Shown here piece by piece: positions 1 through 10,509 of a DNA stretch of 64,000 bases (its first letter is position 1; each line of letters opens with the position of its first letter). The notes beneath the pieces are model-generated. The model was not told where the DNA came from, made no database searches, and saw nothing but the letters and a program-made list of their open reading frames with translations. The DNA lies in NCBI GenBank assembly GCA_044228445.1, contig JBGAUV010000001.1, forward strand, positions 79,827 through 143,826. The letters run 5' to 3'. Position numbers and translations under genes: made by a program. The DNA is from Minisyncoccia bacterium. GTDB lineage: Bacteria > Patescibacteriota > Minisyncoccia > Phycocordibacterales > PALSA-1337.

Positions 1-1
1 A

Positions 2-229
2 AAAATAGGTCTAGTAATAGGAACCGGAGGAAAAACTATTAAAGAAATAAAAGAAAAAACGGGTGTGGATGATATAAACATTGAGGATGATGGTAGTGTA
101 TATATTAAAGGTAAGAATGGCAGTGCAGAAAAAGCTAGAGATATAATAAAGATAATAACAACAGAAAGAGTAGGGGAAAAACCAAATTCTAGATATAATA
201 ATAGAGATGAACGAAGAACATCCTCTTAA
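2..229 (+). CDS. pnp: Polyribonucleotide nucleotidyltransferase C-terminus (partial, KH domain; stops without an S1 domain)
   Basis: Frame 2 reads KIGLVIGTGGKTIKEIKEKTGVDDINIEDDGSVYI...RRTSS*, the PNPase KH signature; not in the ORF track. Confidence 0.8.
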   Translation, partial: KIGLVIGTGGKTIKEIKEKTGVDDINIEDDGSVYIKGKNGSAEKARDIIKIITTERVGEKPNSRYNNRDERRTSS

Positions 230-1685
230 TATTCTTGCTGAACAAACAGAAAAGCAAGATCCAAATAAAGTAAATAAAACAGGTAGTGCTATACCCGGTA
301 AGAATACTAGTACTGATAAAGATAAAGTTTATGTTCAACCTATAAGAACATTTGAAAGTGATGTAGCTAGAGTACTTGGACAAAATAATACATCTAAGGC
401 AAGTATGATAATTGCTGAAAAGAAAAGGAGAGATGAAATTTTGAAAAAGAATTTAAATGACATAAATACAAACAATGTTCAAAATGAACAGAATCAAAAT
501 AGAAATCAAAACTCTCAAAAATATGTAAAACCTCTTGTTCCTTTAAATAAATATGCAATATTAAGAGATGAGACCACATCTAGAGTTGAACCTGATAGAA
601 CAATCGGACCTGATCAATTTATTAAAAAAGAGGAAGTAGTACAAGATAAAGTTGAGGAACAGCAAGAAAATCCTTCATATGAAAAAGTCCAGGAACAACA
701 GGATTTTACATCTCCAGTAATTCCAATTATAAAAAGACCAGAAAATATACCTCCAAGAAATACTTTTATACCTGTACCAAAAAAAGAACCTGTAATAAAG
801 AAAGAGCAAATACCAGTTCCGATTCCAGTTCATATTCAAAAAATTCAACAAGACCCTATACAAAATATTCAAGAAATACCAGAATCAGAAAGGGTAATGA
901 TGAACTCTGGTGATTATCAAAATAATAAAATACTTAAAAAAGTTTTATTATCAATTTTTGGAATTATATTCTTAGGTGGAGGATTATATGGGGCTTATTA
1001 TTTCTATTCAAAAAGTGTAATTGCAACACCTCCTCCACCACCAAGTGCAATTAAAATACCTAGCATACTACCCAACAATAGTCAGGTTGAGATAAAGTTT
1101 GACAGCCTAACAAGTAAGGAAATTTACAATAAAATATACTCTAATCTAGAAAAGACCAGTTTGAAAGATAATGAAATAATTGAATTTATACCAAGCATAA
1201 AACAAGGTGAAAATATTATAGCAATTGATTCTGAAACCTTTATAAAGAAAACGGGTATAGATATGCCAAATCAATTATTAAGATCCCTTGGTTCAAAAAT
1301 AATGCTAGGTGGTATAAAAGATAATGATGATGGTAATGTATTATTTATAGCCTTTACTACTGACTTCTTCCAAAATACTTATGCAGGAATGCTTTCTTGG
1401 GAAAAAGGTATGCCCGATGAATTGGAAGATTTAATGAATTACAGAGGTGTTATAGAAGAAATAAATAATAATGCTTCATCTACAATTAATAATTATTTTG
1501 GAATTAGGGGAAAATTCATAGATAAACAGATTAAAAATAGAGATATTAGAGAATTTATACATGAAAGTGGAAAGAGTTTATTCTTATATACATTTATAGA
1601 TAAAAATACACTTATTATTACAAAGACAGAAAATGCTCTTGGCAAGATAGTTGAAAAGATTGAAAAACAAAATTATATAAGATAA
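207..1685 (+). CDS. Hypothetical single-pass membrane protein with long Pro/Gln/Asn-rich N-terminal region
   Basis: 492 aa ORF; TM helix VLLSIFGIIFLGGGLYGAYYFY followed by PPPPP. Confidence 0.75.
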   Translation: MNEEHPLNILAEQTEKQDPNKVNKTGSAIPGKNTSTDKDKVYVQPIRTFESDVARVLGQNNTSKASMIIAEKKRRDEILKKNLNDINTNNVQNEQNQNRNQNSQKYVKPLVPLNKYAILRDETTSRVEPDRTIGPDQFIKKEEVVQDKVEEQQENPSYEKVQEQQDFTSPVIPIIKRPENIPPRNTFIPVPKKEPVIKKEQIPVPIPVHIQKIQQDPIQNIQEIPESERVMMNSGDYQNNKILKKVLLSIFGIIFLGGGLYGAYYFYSKSVIATPPPPPSAIKIPSILPNNSQVEIKFDSLTSKEIYNKIYSNLEKTSLKDNEIIEFIPSIKQGENIIAIDSETFIKKTGIDMPNQLLRSLGSKIMLGGIKDNDDGNVLFIAFTTDFFQNTYAGMLSWEKGMPDELEDLMNYRGVIEEINNNASSTINNYFGIRGKFIDKQIKNRDIREFIHESGKSLFLYTFIDKNTLIITKTENALGKIVEKIEKQNYIR

Positions 1686-1694
1686 AATTCATAT

Positions 1695-2060
1695 ATGAAT
1701 AAAAAAGATATAGAATTTTTCAAGGATAAGCTAGAAAAAGAAAAAGCAGTATTAATAGGTGAACTAGAAACTGTAGGGCATACAGACACACATAGTGCTG
1801 GAGGATGGGAAGCTACTGCTGGAAAAATAGAAGTCGACTCTGCTGATGAAAACGAACTTGCTGATAAACTTGAAGAACTTGAGGATAATGAGGGAATACT
1901 AGACCAATTAGAAAAACAACTTGATGATGTAAACTCCGCTCTAGAAAGAATAGAAAAAGGTAAGTATGGAATATGTGAAGTAAGTGGCGAGCCTATTGAA
2001 AAAGAAAGACTTATGGCAAACCCTGCAGCTAGAACATGTATGAAACACCTTAATAAATAG
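1695..2060 (+). CDS. TraR/DksA family protein
   Basis: Acidic coiled coil then ALERIEKGKYGICEVSGEPIEKERLMANPAARTC. Confidence 0.88.
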   Translation: MNKKDIEFFKDKLEKEKAVLIGELETVGHTDTHSAGGWEATAGKIEVDSADENELADKLEELEDNEGILDQLEKQLDDVNSALERIEKGKYGICEVSGEPIEKERLMANPAARTCMKHLNK

Positions 2061-2077
2061 AGGTTAAACATAAATAT

Positions 2078-2109
2078 AAGTAAAAACACTCGAAAGAGTG
2101 TTTTTACTT
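2078..2109. terminator. Intrinsic terminator (symmetric)
   Basis: AAGTAAAAACACTC-GAAA-GAGTGTTTTTACTT perfect hairpin. Confidence 0.85.
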
Positions 2110-2168
2110 TATTAAAATTTCATAACTTTTTTATTATTTCTTTATCACGTTTATGATATTTTTCTTTC

Positions 2169-3695
2169 ATGGCAATATCAAAAACATATAGTGCACAATT
2201 AATTGGCTTAAATACACATATATTGAGTATAGAAGTTGATCTTTCAAATGGTCTTCATTCATTTGCAATAGTAGGTTTACCTGATAAAGCAGTGGAGGAA
2301 GCAAAAGATAGAGTATCTTCTGCTATAAAAAATAGTGGCTACGTATCACCAAAACAAAAGAATCAAAAAGTCGTAGTATCGCTTGCCCCAGCTGATATAA
2401 GAAAGGAGGGTTCGGGTTTTGATTTAGCTATAGCAATAGGATATTTATTGGCTAGTGGTGATTTAAATTTCGATTTTAGAGATAAGCTCTTTTTAGGTGA
2501 ATTATCACTTGAAGGTAAGATTAGAAAAATAAATGGTGTATTACCAATTATTAAAGGAGTAAAAAGTATGGGTTTTAAAGAGATATTTATACCGAAAGAT
2601 AATGTTAAAGAAGCTAGTTTAATAAGTGGTATAAAAATTTATGGAGTTGAAAGTTTAAATGATTTAATTGATCATTTAAATAATAAAAAGAATTGTATAT
2701 TAAAACCAGAAAAACTTACTCATATAAAATATAAAGATGAAATATATGAAACAGATTTTTCATTAATACAGGGTCAAGAAATAGCAAAAAGAGGATTACT
2801 TATATCCGCTTGTGGTGGACACAATATGGCTATGTATGGACCACCTGGAACTGGTAAAACCATGCTTGCAAAAGCATTTTTAAGTATACTACCTGATTTA
2901 AGTGTAGAAGAAATACTTGAAGTAACTAGTATACATTCAGTAGCAAAAATACTTGAATTACCATTTATAACCAGACCACCTTTTAGATCACCTCACCATA
3001 CTTCTTCATACGCTTCTTTGGTAGGTGGAGGATCTATACCACAACCTGGTGAAATTACATTGGCACATAGAGGAGTATTATTCTTGGATGAATTTCCAGA
3101 ATTTGAAAAGAATGTAATTGATTCATTGAGACAACCATTAGAAGATCACACTGTTACTATATCAAGAGCAAGAGGAAGAATATCATTTCCAGCTAAATTT
3201 ATTTTAATTGCATGCATGAATCCTTGTCCTTGTGGTTATGGTAAAGGTAAAAACTGTACATGTAGTACTAGAGAATTGATTTACTATAAGAAAAAGCTTT
3301 CGGGACCAATAATAGATCGTATTGATCTTTGGGCAAGTGTTTCAAAAGTCGAATATATGAAACTCGCCAATCCAGACAAGAAAAATATGACATCTAAAGA
3401 TTTTAGGAAAATTGTTGAGAGAACAAGAAATGTACAAATTAATAGATTTAAAAAATATAATATAAAAAATATATCACTAAATAGCGAAATGAATATTACT
3501 GATATACAAAAATGTATAAATATTGAAAAAAGTACTAAAGATTTATTATCTAGTTCTGCTGAAAGACTCGGTTTGTCGGGTAGGGCATACCATAGAACAC
3601 TTAAACTAGCTCAAACAATTGCAGATATAGAACAAAAAGATATTGTAATGCCAGAACATATACTTGAAGCATTGCAATATAGAGAAAGGGGATAG
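2169..3695 (+). CDS. comM: YifB/ComM Mg-chelatase-like AAA+ ATPase
   Basis: IVGLPDKAVEEA, GPPGTGKT, PFRSPHHT, LFLDEFPEF, MNPCPCG motifs. Confidence 0.92.
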   Translation: MAISKTYSAQLIGLNTHILSIEVDLSNGLHSFAIVGLPDKAVEEAKDRVSSAIKNSGYVSPKQKNQKVVVSLAPADIRKEGSGFDLAIAIGYLLASGDLNFDFRDKLFLGELSLEGKIRKINGVLPIIKGVKSMGFKEIFIPKDNVKEASLISGIKIYGVESLNDLIDHLNNKKNCILKPEKLTHIKYKDEIYETDFSLIQGQEIAKRGLLISACGGHNMAMYGPPGTGKTMLAKAFLSILPDLSVEEILEVTSIHSVAKILELPFITRPPFRSPHHTSSYASLVGGGSIPQPGEITLAHRGVLFLDEFPEFEKNVIDSLRQPLEDHTVTISRARGRISFPAKFILIACMNPCPCGYGKGKNCTCSTRELIYYKKKLSGPIIDRIDLWASVSKVEYMKLANPDKKNMTSKDFRKIVERTRNVQINRFKKYNIKNISLNSEMNITDIQKCINIEKSTKDLLSSSAERLGLSGRAYHRTLKLAQTIADIEQKDIVMPEHILEALQYRERG

Positions 3696-3741
3696 TTAAA
3701 TCGAGACAGCTTATTTATACAGCTTATACAGTAATGTATAT

Positions 3742-4875
3742 TTAGAAAGGATTTTTTGCTCCTCTTATTTCAAAGTGAACATGAGGACCTGTTGCATGTC
3801 CTGTTTGTCCAACCTTAGCTATCAAATCTCCTTTATCAACTGTATCTCCTAGTTTAACCATATTTTTTGAATTGTGAGCATAAAGAGTTTGTGTTCCATT
3901 ATCATGAGATATGATTATAAAACTTCCATAACCTCCATTCCAACCACCTGAAATACTTAGAATAACTTTTCCTTTTGCAGAAGCGTATATCGGAGTTCCA
4001 ACAGGTGCCGCTATATCCACTGCATTATATCCATGCAAACCCTGACTTATAGTTCCACCAATTACAGGTCTCATGTAATATCCTGGGTAACTAGGTCCAT
4101 CAGCATCATGAACTGGATTATTTGTTGCTAAACTCCCTTTAATTGGCTTTGATTTTACAGGTGTAGTTAATTCTCCATCAGGTATTAAAATAATGTCTCC
4201 TGGAATTAATTTTGAATTTATAGATATATCATTATATAAAAGGATTTCATTTAAATCTGCTTTATATTTTTTTGCTATTTCACTTACTGTATCTCCTTTC
4301 TTTACTTGGTGTCTAACACCTGAAATTGGAAGTATAACTAGGTTTTGTCCCTGTTTTAATCCTTCATTTCTATTGAGATTATTTGCCCAAACTATAGTAT
4401 TTACTGAAACTTCAAATAATTCGGCTATTTTTGATAGATTATCTCCTTCTCTCACTGTATATATGCTTATTTGAGTATTTACTACTTCATCAATATCAGA
4501 AGCTGTGCCTAAAGGACCAACTTCGGCTATTAGAGCATTTTGTGATATTGGTGCTAGTTCTAGAGTATTTAAATTGGCTTTCGGATCATTGTTTACGACC
4601 GCTTTTAGAACAGTCATGTTTTGAGAATTTTTATAACTGATATCATCACTTACTTTTGCTGAAGCCTCATTACCTAGTAAGTTATAAATAGATGAAACAA
4701 TACTTGCTGAAGCATTTAAAGGAAAAAACAGTAAACAAAGACCTATAAAAAAAGAAATAACCATCTCTCTTGAGATGACGTTTTTAAGCCATGAATTGTA
4801 TATTGCTAACAGTGGTAAAAATAACATAACGAATTTGTCATTTCGGCAATAGCTTTCGGGGTCTTTTATGACCAT
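3742..4875 (-). CDS. LysM x2 + M23 peptidase (true start probably 4827 or 4764)
   Basis: YTVREGDNLSKIA and HQVKKGDTVSEIA LysM repeats; HGYNAVD, LYAH, GPHVHFE M23 motifs. Confidence 0.9.
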   Translation of the reverse strand: MVIKDPESYCRNDKFVMLFLPLLAIYNSWLKNVISREMVISFFIGLCLLFFPLNASASIVSSIYNLLGNEASAKVSDDISYKNSQNMTVLKAVVNNDPKANLNTLELAPISQNALIAEVGPLGTASDIDEVVNTQISIYTVREGDNLSKIAELFEVSVNTIVWANNLNRNEGLKQGQNLVILPISGVRHQVKKGDTVSEIAKKYKADLNEILLYNDISINSKLIPGDIILIPDGELTTPVKSKPIKGSLATNNPVHDADGPSYPGYYMRPVIGGTISQGLHGYNAVDIAAPVGTPIYASAKGKVILSISGGWNGGYGSFIIISHDNGTQTLYAHNSKNMVKLGDTVDKGDLIAKVGQTGHATGPHVHFEIRGAKNPF

Positions 4876-4949
4876 TCTTTGAGTTCAGAGTGACGGTAAA
4901 TGGCTCTGTTGAGCCATCTTTATACCAGTAATTTTTCTGGTACCATAGA

Positions 4950-4978
4950 AGACTACTTTAGCTAGGTTCAAAAGTCAA
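4950..4978 (-). promoter_or_regulatory. sigma70 promoter for LysM-M23 gene
   Basis: TTGACT-17-TAGTCT on minus strand. Confidence 0.55.
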
Positions 4979-5011
4979 CATCTTGCCCCATCCATGATAT
5001 AGTGGTGATAC

Positions 5012-6961
5012 ATGAGTGAAAATATCCATTCAAATTTAAATTCAGAACAGAAAAAGGCTGTTGAAACTATCGGCGGACCTCTACTTATACTTGCAGGCGC
5101 AGGAGCAGGTAAAACAAAGACTATTACACATAGAATTTTAAACCTAATTAAGAGCGGAATCGCTCCGAGAGAAATACTTGCCATTACTTTTACAAATAAA
5201 GCAGCTAAAGAGATGCGCGATAGAGTTATGCACCTAATATCAACAGATAAAAGTCTTAATATACCTATATCTTTCAATGAAAAGCCTTTTGTAAGCACAT
5301 TTCACGCTTTAGGTGTCCATATACTTAAAGAAAATAGCCAAATCCTTGGTTTACCGAGACATTTCACTATATATGACCGTTCTGATTCAAAAAGGGCTAT
5401 AAAAGAGGCATTATTAGCAAGTAATATAAACCCAAAGGAATTTGACCCTGGAGCAATATTGAATGCAATTTCAAGAGAAAAAGGCGAGTCAGTTACAGTA
5501 GAGCAATATATGAGTACTAAAAAGGAATATTTCCAAAGTGTTGTTGCTCAGGTCTGGGAAAAATACGAGGCCATTTTAAATAAAGAAAAAGCTTTAGACT
5601 TTGATGATTTACTCCTAAAAACTGCAAAGTTATTAAAAAGAAATCCTGAAATTAAGCGTAAATATAATTCAATATGGAAATACATTAATATAGATGAATA
5701 TCAAGATACAAATAAAGTTCAATATGAAATTGCAACACTACTAGCAGAAGAAAATAGAAATATTTGTGTAGTTGGAGATGCAGATCAAACTATATATACA
5801 TGGAGAGGTGCAAACATTGAAAATATTTTAAATTTTGAAAAGGAATATCCAGAAGCACAAGTTGTACTTCTTGAACAAAACTACAGATCTACACAGAACA
5901 TTCTGGCTGCAGCAAACAATGTAATAAAGAAAAATATTCTTAGAAAAGATAAAAATCTATATACAAAAAATGGTGAGGGGGAGAAAATCGAATTAAATAT
6001 GGCAACAAGTGAACACGATGAAGCTAGTATGATAGCAGAAAAATGTAGAGATTTAATAAAGAATAAAGTTAATCCAAAGGAAATAGCTGTACTATACAGA
6101 ACAAATTTCCAGTCCCGCGTACTTGAAGAAGCATTTTTAAAAAAGAATGTTCCATACCAAGTTCTGGGAGTTAAATTCTTTGACAGAAAAGAAGTTAAAG
6201 ATGTTCTATCTTTTTTAAAGGCTAGCTTAAATAGAGATAGTAGTAGTGACCTAATTAGAATAATAAATGTTCCACCAAGAGGAATAGGTAAGGCTTCAAT
6301 TTTAAAAATAATTGCAGGTCAAGAAGGAGAATTAAATTCTGGAACAAAGCTTAAAGTTAGCCATTTTTTTGCTATGCTTGAAAGGATAAATAGATATGCA
6401 AAAGAAAATAAACCGAGTGAAACAATAAAATACATTTTAAAAGAAACTGGTATACAGGAAATGTATAAAGGTGGAACTGAAGAAGATGAAGAAAAACTAG
6501 AAAACATTCGCGAACTTGTAACAGTAGCAACACAATATGATAGTTTAGAAAATGAAGTTGCAATAGAAACATTTTTAGAAAATGCTTCATTAGCTAGCGA
6601 TCAAGATGAATTAAAAGAAGAACAAGACGCTGTTAGACTTATGACTGTTCACGCTTCGAAGGGTTTGGAATTTGATTATGTATTTATTTCTGGACTAGAA
6701 GAAGATCTATTTCCTCATGTCAGAATGAATGAAGAAGAAATGTCTAGGTCTGAAGAAGAAGAGGAAAGAAGACTCTTTTACGTTGCTTTAACTAGAGCTA
6801 GAAGAAAAGTATTTTTAAGTTATACTTTTATTCGATCAATATTCGGTAGAGAAAAGATAAATAAGCCTTCAGAATTCATATCTGATATTGGCGATGAATT
6901 ATTAAACCAAACAGAATATGAAAAACCTAGTGGAGTAAAAGCAATTTTTATAGATTTTTAA
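5012..6961 (+). CDS. pcrA: UvrD/PcrA ATP-dependent DNA helicase
   Basis: AGAGAGKT, TFTNKAA, IDEYQDTN, LEQNYRST, MTVHASKGLEF, EERRLFYVALTRA. Confidence 0.95.
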   Translation: MSENIHSNLNSEQKKAVETIGGPLLILAGAGAGKTKTITHRILNLIKSGIAPREILAITFTNKAAKEMRDRVMHLISTDKSLNIPISFNEKPFVSTFHALGVHILKENSQILGLPRHFTIYDRSDSKRAIKEALLASNINPKEFDPGAILNAISREKGESVTVEQYMSTKKEYFQSVVAQVWEKYEAILNKEKALDFDDLLLKTAKLLKRNPEIKRKYNSIWKYINIDEYQDTNKVQYEIATLLAEENRNICVVGDADQTIYTWRGANIENILNFEKEYPEAQVVLLEQNYRSTQNILAAANNVIKKNILRKDKNLYTKNGEGEKIELNMATSEHDEASMIAEKCRDLIKNKVNPKEIAVLYRTNFQSRVLEEAFLKKNVPYQVLGVKFFDRKEVKDVLSFLKASLNRDSSSDLIRIINVPPRGIGKASILKIIAGQEGELNSGTKLKVSHFFAMLERINRYAKENKPSETIKYILKETGIQEMYKGGTEEDEEKLENIRELVTVATQYDSLENEVAIETFLENASLASDQDELKEEQDAVRLMTVHASKGLEFDYVFISGLEEDLFPHVRMNEEEMSRSEEEEERRLFYVALTRARRKVFLSYTFIRSIFGREKINKPSEFISDIGDELLNQTEYEKPSGVKAIFIDF

Positions 6962-6982
6962 TTTATAAACTTTATTAAATAA

Positions 6983-7888
6983 ATGACATTCATAGCAAAA
7001 AAATCACTCGGTCAAAATTTCTTACACTCACCTCATGCTATTGGTGCTATGGTTTTTGCTACAGAAATACAAAATGGAGATATTGTTCTTGAAGTTGGAC
7101 CAGGAAAGGGAGCATTAACCTCAAAACTACTTGAAGCAGGTGCAAAAGTTATAGCTTTCGAAAAAGACGATAGAGCAATACCATATTTGAATGATAAATT
7201 TGCTATAGAAATTAAAAATGGTCAATTAAACCTAGTCCATGGAGATATTTTGGATCTTGATATTGAAAAAAGTGAGCTTTTAAGTGGTAAAAAGTACAAA
7301 ATATCAGCCAATATTCCATACTACATAACAGGAGAATTACTTAGAAAATTCCTTCAATCAGACAACCAACCCGAAAAGATAGTAGTTATGCTTCAAAAAG
7401 AGGTTGCTAGAAGAATAATTGGGGAAGAAAGTCAAAAAACCAATGAAATAGGCCAGAAAATAATAAAAGAGAGTATATTATCTATTTCTATTAAAGTTTA
7501 TGGTGAGCCAAAATACATAACAACAGTCAGTAGAAAGCTATTTAGACCGATTCCTAATGTAGATTCTGCTATTTTGGCTATAAACAACATTACAAAAGAC
7601 TATTTTTCTCTGAATGAACAGGATTTTGAAAGAAATTCATTGAAAAATACTGAAAATATTACAAAAATTGATGAAAACGTCTTTTTTGACATTGTAAAAC
7701 ATGGTTTCGCACACAAAAGAAAGGTTTTGATAAAAAATCTACAAGAAAAAATCGATAAAGTTATACTAGAAAAGCTTTGGAATGATAAAAAATGGAGTCC
7801 AAATATGAGAGCAGAGGATATAACTGTAAATGACTGGAAAGATATAGCAATTTACTATGTTTGTTTTCCACAGAAAACAGCAAAATAA
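6983..7888 (+). CDS. rsmA: 16S rRNA adenine dimethyltransferase KsgA
   Basis: KKSLGQNFL, LEVGPGKGALT, ANIPYYIT, PNVDSA. Confidence 0.95.
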   Translation: MTFIAKKSLGQNFLHSPHAIGAMVFATEIQNGDIVLEVGPGKGALTSKLLEAGAKVIAFEKDDRAIPYLNDKFAIEIKNGQLNLVHGDILDLDIEKSELLSGKKYKISANIPYYITGELLRKFLQSDNQPEKIVVMLQKEVARRIIGEESQKTNEIGQKIIKESILSISIKVYGEPKYITTVSRKLFRPIPNVDSAILAINNITKDYFSLNEQDFERNSLKNTENITKIDENVFFDIVKHGFAHKRKVLIKNLQEKIDKVILEKLWNDKKWSPNMRAEDITVNDWKDIAIYYVCFPQKTAK

Positions 7889-7927
7889 CGAATAATTTAC
7901 TTAATTTTTTGCTATAATTTGAGGAGT

Positions 7928-8842
7928 ATGCCGAATACTACCCAAATCAGGATTGGTCTTATGATAATATCTGCTGTAATTATTATTACAAGCGCTTTTT
8001 TTCTAGCCGAATATAAGAATAAAAATACTCAAAAACTATCATACGAATCAAATCTTTCAGCTACAGCAGAAAATATAGTTAGTGATCAAAGTCTTGATAG
8101 TGATCATGATGGTTTAAAAAACTGGGAAGAAGAGCTTTTAGGTACAAATAAAAGTAATCCTGATACAGATGGAGATGGTACTCCTGATGGTAAAGAAGTT
8201 GAATTACATAGAAACCCTCTCGTAAAAGGTCCAAAGGACAGCGAAAAGGATATGCAAACAAATGCTCAAAAAAATGAGAAGCTGGCACCAATAGATTTCT
8301 TTGCTAGAAACTTTTTTGCAAGATATATGGAATTAAAACAGGCTGGTGTATCAAATGATAAATCTAGCCAGGAAGAATTGGCTTTGAGAGTTATAAAAGA
8401 GGGGGTAGTACTTACACTACCAAAAGAATATTTATTAAAGGATATTTCAATAGTAAATGATAATTCAAAAGAATTTGTAGTGAAATATATAGAAAATGTT
8501 AATGAAGTATTTAGAAATAATCAAAATAGAGGAAAAGATGAAAGCCAAATAGCAAAGGAAAGTCTTGAAAAGGAAAATCCTGATTTATTAAAGGATATAG
8601 ATCCTATAATAAAAACATATAAAAATGTAATAGCTAGTTTAGTGAAAGTGAAAGTTCCGAGTGAATTATCAAATAATCATTTAAAAATGGTAAATGCTAT
8701 GAGTGGATTTTTATTTGTTGCAGAATCACTTAGAAAAACAGATAAGGATGCTTTAGTTGCTCTACAAGGGGCATCAAGACAACTGGATGCAGCAAAAGCA
8801 CTAGGGGAAAGTTTAATTTATTTAAGAAATTATCAAAAGTAA
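7928..8842 (+). CDS. Membrane-anchored protein with Ca-binding thrombospondin-type-3-like repeats
   Basis: N-terminal TM; DSDHDGLKNWEEELLGT...PDTDGDGTPDGKEV; ATG 7928 preferred to TTG 7919, which directly abuts the TATAAT box. Confidence 0.75.
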   Translation: MPNTTQIRIGLMIISAVIIITSAFFLAEYKNKNTQKLSYESNLSATAENIVSDQSLDSDHDGLKNWEEELLGTNKSNPDTDGDGTPDGKEVELHRNPLVKGPKDSEKDMQTNAQKNEKLAPIDFFARNFFARYMELKQAGVSNDKSSQEELALRVIKEGVVLTLPKEYLLKDISIVNDNSKEFVVKYIENVNEVFRNNQNRGKDESQIAKESLEKENPDLLKDIDPIIKTYKNVIASLVKVKVPSELSNNHLKMVNAMSGFLFVAESLRKTDKDALVALQGASRQLDAAKALGESLIYLRNYQK

Positions 8843-10507
8843 ATGCTTAAAGTATTAAAAAAAATATCAATAGCAATACTTACTATATCAATAGCGTTTT
8901 CTTCTATGTTTATTGCACCAAAAACCAGCTATGCTGTATTAGGTGCTGGAGATACAGTTATAGAAGTTGGACCTAGTCTCTATCAACAAATTGCAAATAC
9001 TGTAAACAGTACAGCAACATCTCTATCTACTTATTCAATGCAATTAAAGGAATTTGTACTCGATGGTCTAGCTGTAGCTTTAACAAAACAAATAATAAGA
9101 CAAATAACAGCGAGTGTGGTTAATTGGATAAACTCCGGTTTTGAAGGAAGTCCTTCTTTTATATCAGATCCTAGTTCATTTTTTCTTGATGTTGCTGATC
9201 AAGTAACTGGTGCTTTCCTTGCAAAAGTAGGAGGACCACTTACACAACTTTGTTCACCTTTTAGTATTGATATACGTCTTGCTTTAGCTTTTAAATACAG
9301 ACCAAATATTCCAAAGAGATATACTTGTACCTTAAATACAATAATAAAAAACAGTAAAAATGCTGTAGAAGGTGCGAGTATAAATGGTTTTACAGCAGGT
9401 GATTTTAAACAGGGTGGTTGGCCTGCATTTGTAAGTTTAACTACAGAACCACAAAACAATCAAATAGGTGCATATCTTGAAGCTGATAATGAATTATCAA
9501 TAAGAGTTGCTAATGCGCAAATTGAGAAAAAAACTGAACTAAATCAAGGTAGAGGTTTCCTATCATGGAAAGAATGTAAAACTGTTCCACCTTCAAATCA
9601 AATACAAGGTTCAAATCAAGGAACAGGTGAGGGAACAACATTACCAGAAGATTCTGCAGGTAGTGGAGAAAGTTCAGTAGGTAATGCTCAAGTTTCAGCT
9701 GGAACAAAAGTCTGTACCACAAAGACTCCTGGTTCAGTTATAGAAGGTCAATTGCAAAATAGTCTAGGAGGTCCTTTACGTGAACTTGAAATTGCTGATG
9801 AAATAAATGAAATAGTAAATGCTCTATTTGCTCAACTTGTAACACAAGTTCTACAAAAAGGTCTTGCTGGTGTTAGTGGTAGTGGTGCAGGTGATAGTAG
9901 TGCATATATAAATCAAATACAAAAAGAAGCAAATGATTCTAAGATCAATAGTCAATTAGAACAAATAAGAACAGATTTATTAAAGAATATTGATACATAC
10001 ATACAAAACACAGTTCAGTATAGAGACTGGAGAAATAAATCTTTTGATATGTTCTCAAATATATTAAAAACATACGACAATGCAAAGGCTTGTTATACAA
10101 CAAAAATAAATGACACAGTACAAGTACTAAATACACATCAAAGAACAGTAGCTCAACAGATGATAGATATAATAAATGGTACAATAAATGAAATCAGACC
10201 AGATATAAATGCTAGTCTAGCTCAGAAATCTAGTGAATTATTAACAAAAGCAACTCAAGCAGATACAAGACTACAAAAGTTAAATGGAATTAAAACCGCT
10301 GCAACAAATGCAAAAACAGTAAATGAAATGAATAAACCGAGCTTAGAATATGCGGAATTACTACAAAGTCAGAGTTTAACTACAGCAAAGGATATAATAG
10401 AAGCCCAACAAGAATTCGACACATTAAGTTCTTTTGCTTCAGCTTTCCAACAAGATGCAAATAGAAGGGTACAAGAATGCCAAATATTTCCAAGTGGAAC
10501 TAGATAA
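8843..10507 (+). CDS. Secreted Cys-containing hypothetical protein of the T4SS-like cluster
   Basis: Signal peptide, several Cys, C-terminal helical/coiled region; abuts both neighbours. Confidence 0.7.
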   Translation: MLKVLKKISIAILTISIAFSSMFIAPKTSYAVLGAGDTVIEVGPSLYQQIANTVNSTATSLSTYSMQLKEFVLDGLAVALTKQIIRQITASVVNWINSGFEGSPSFISDPSSFFLDVADQVTGAFLAKVGGPLTQLCSPFSIDIRLALAFKYRPNIPKRYTCTLNTIIKNSKNAVEGASINGFTAGDFKQGGWPAFVSLTTEPQNNQIGAYLEADNELSIRVANAQIEKKTELNQGRGFLSWKECKTVPPSNQIQGSNQGTGEGTTLPEDSAGSGESSVGNAQVSAGTKVCTTKTPGSVIEGQLQNSLGGPLRELEIADEINEIVNALFAQLVTQVLQKGLAGVSGSGAGDSSAYINQIQKEANDSKINSQLEQIRTDLLKNIDTYIQNTVQYRDWRNKSFDMFSNILKTYDNAKACYTTKINDTVQVLNTHQRTVAQQMIDIINGTINEIRPDINASLAQKSSELLTKATQADTRLQKLNGIKTAATNAKTVNEMNKPSLEYAELLQSQSLTTAKDIIEAQQEFDTLSSFASAFQQDANRRVQECQIFPSGTR

Positions 10508-10509
10508 AT

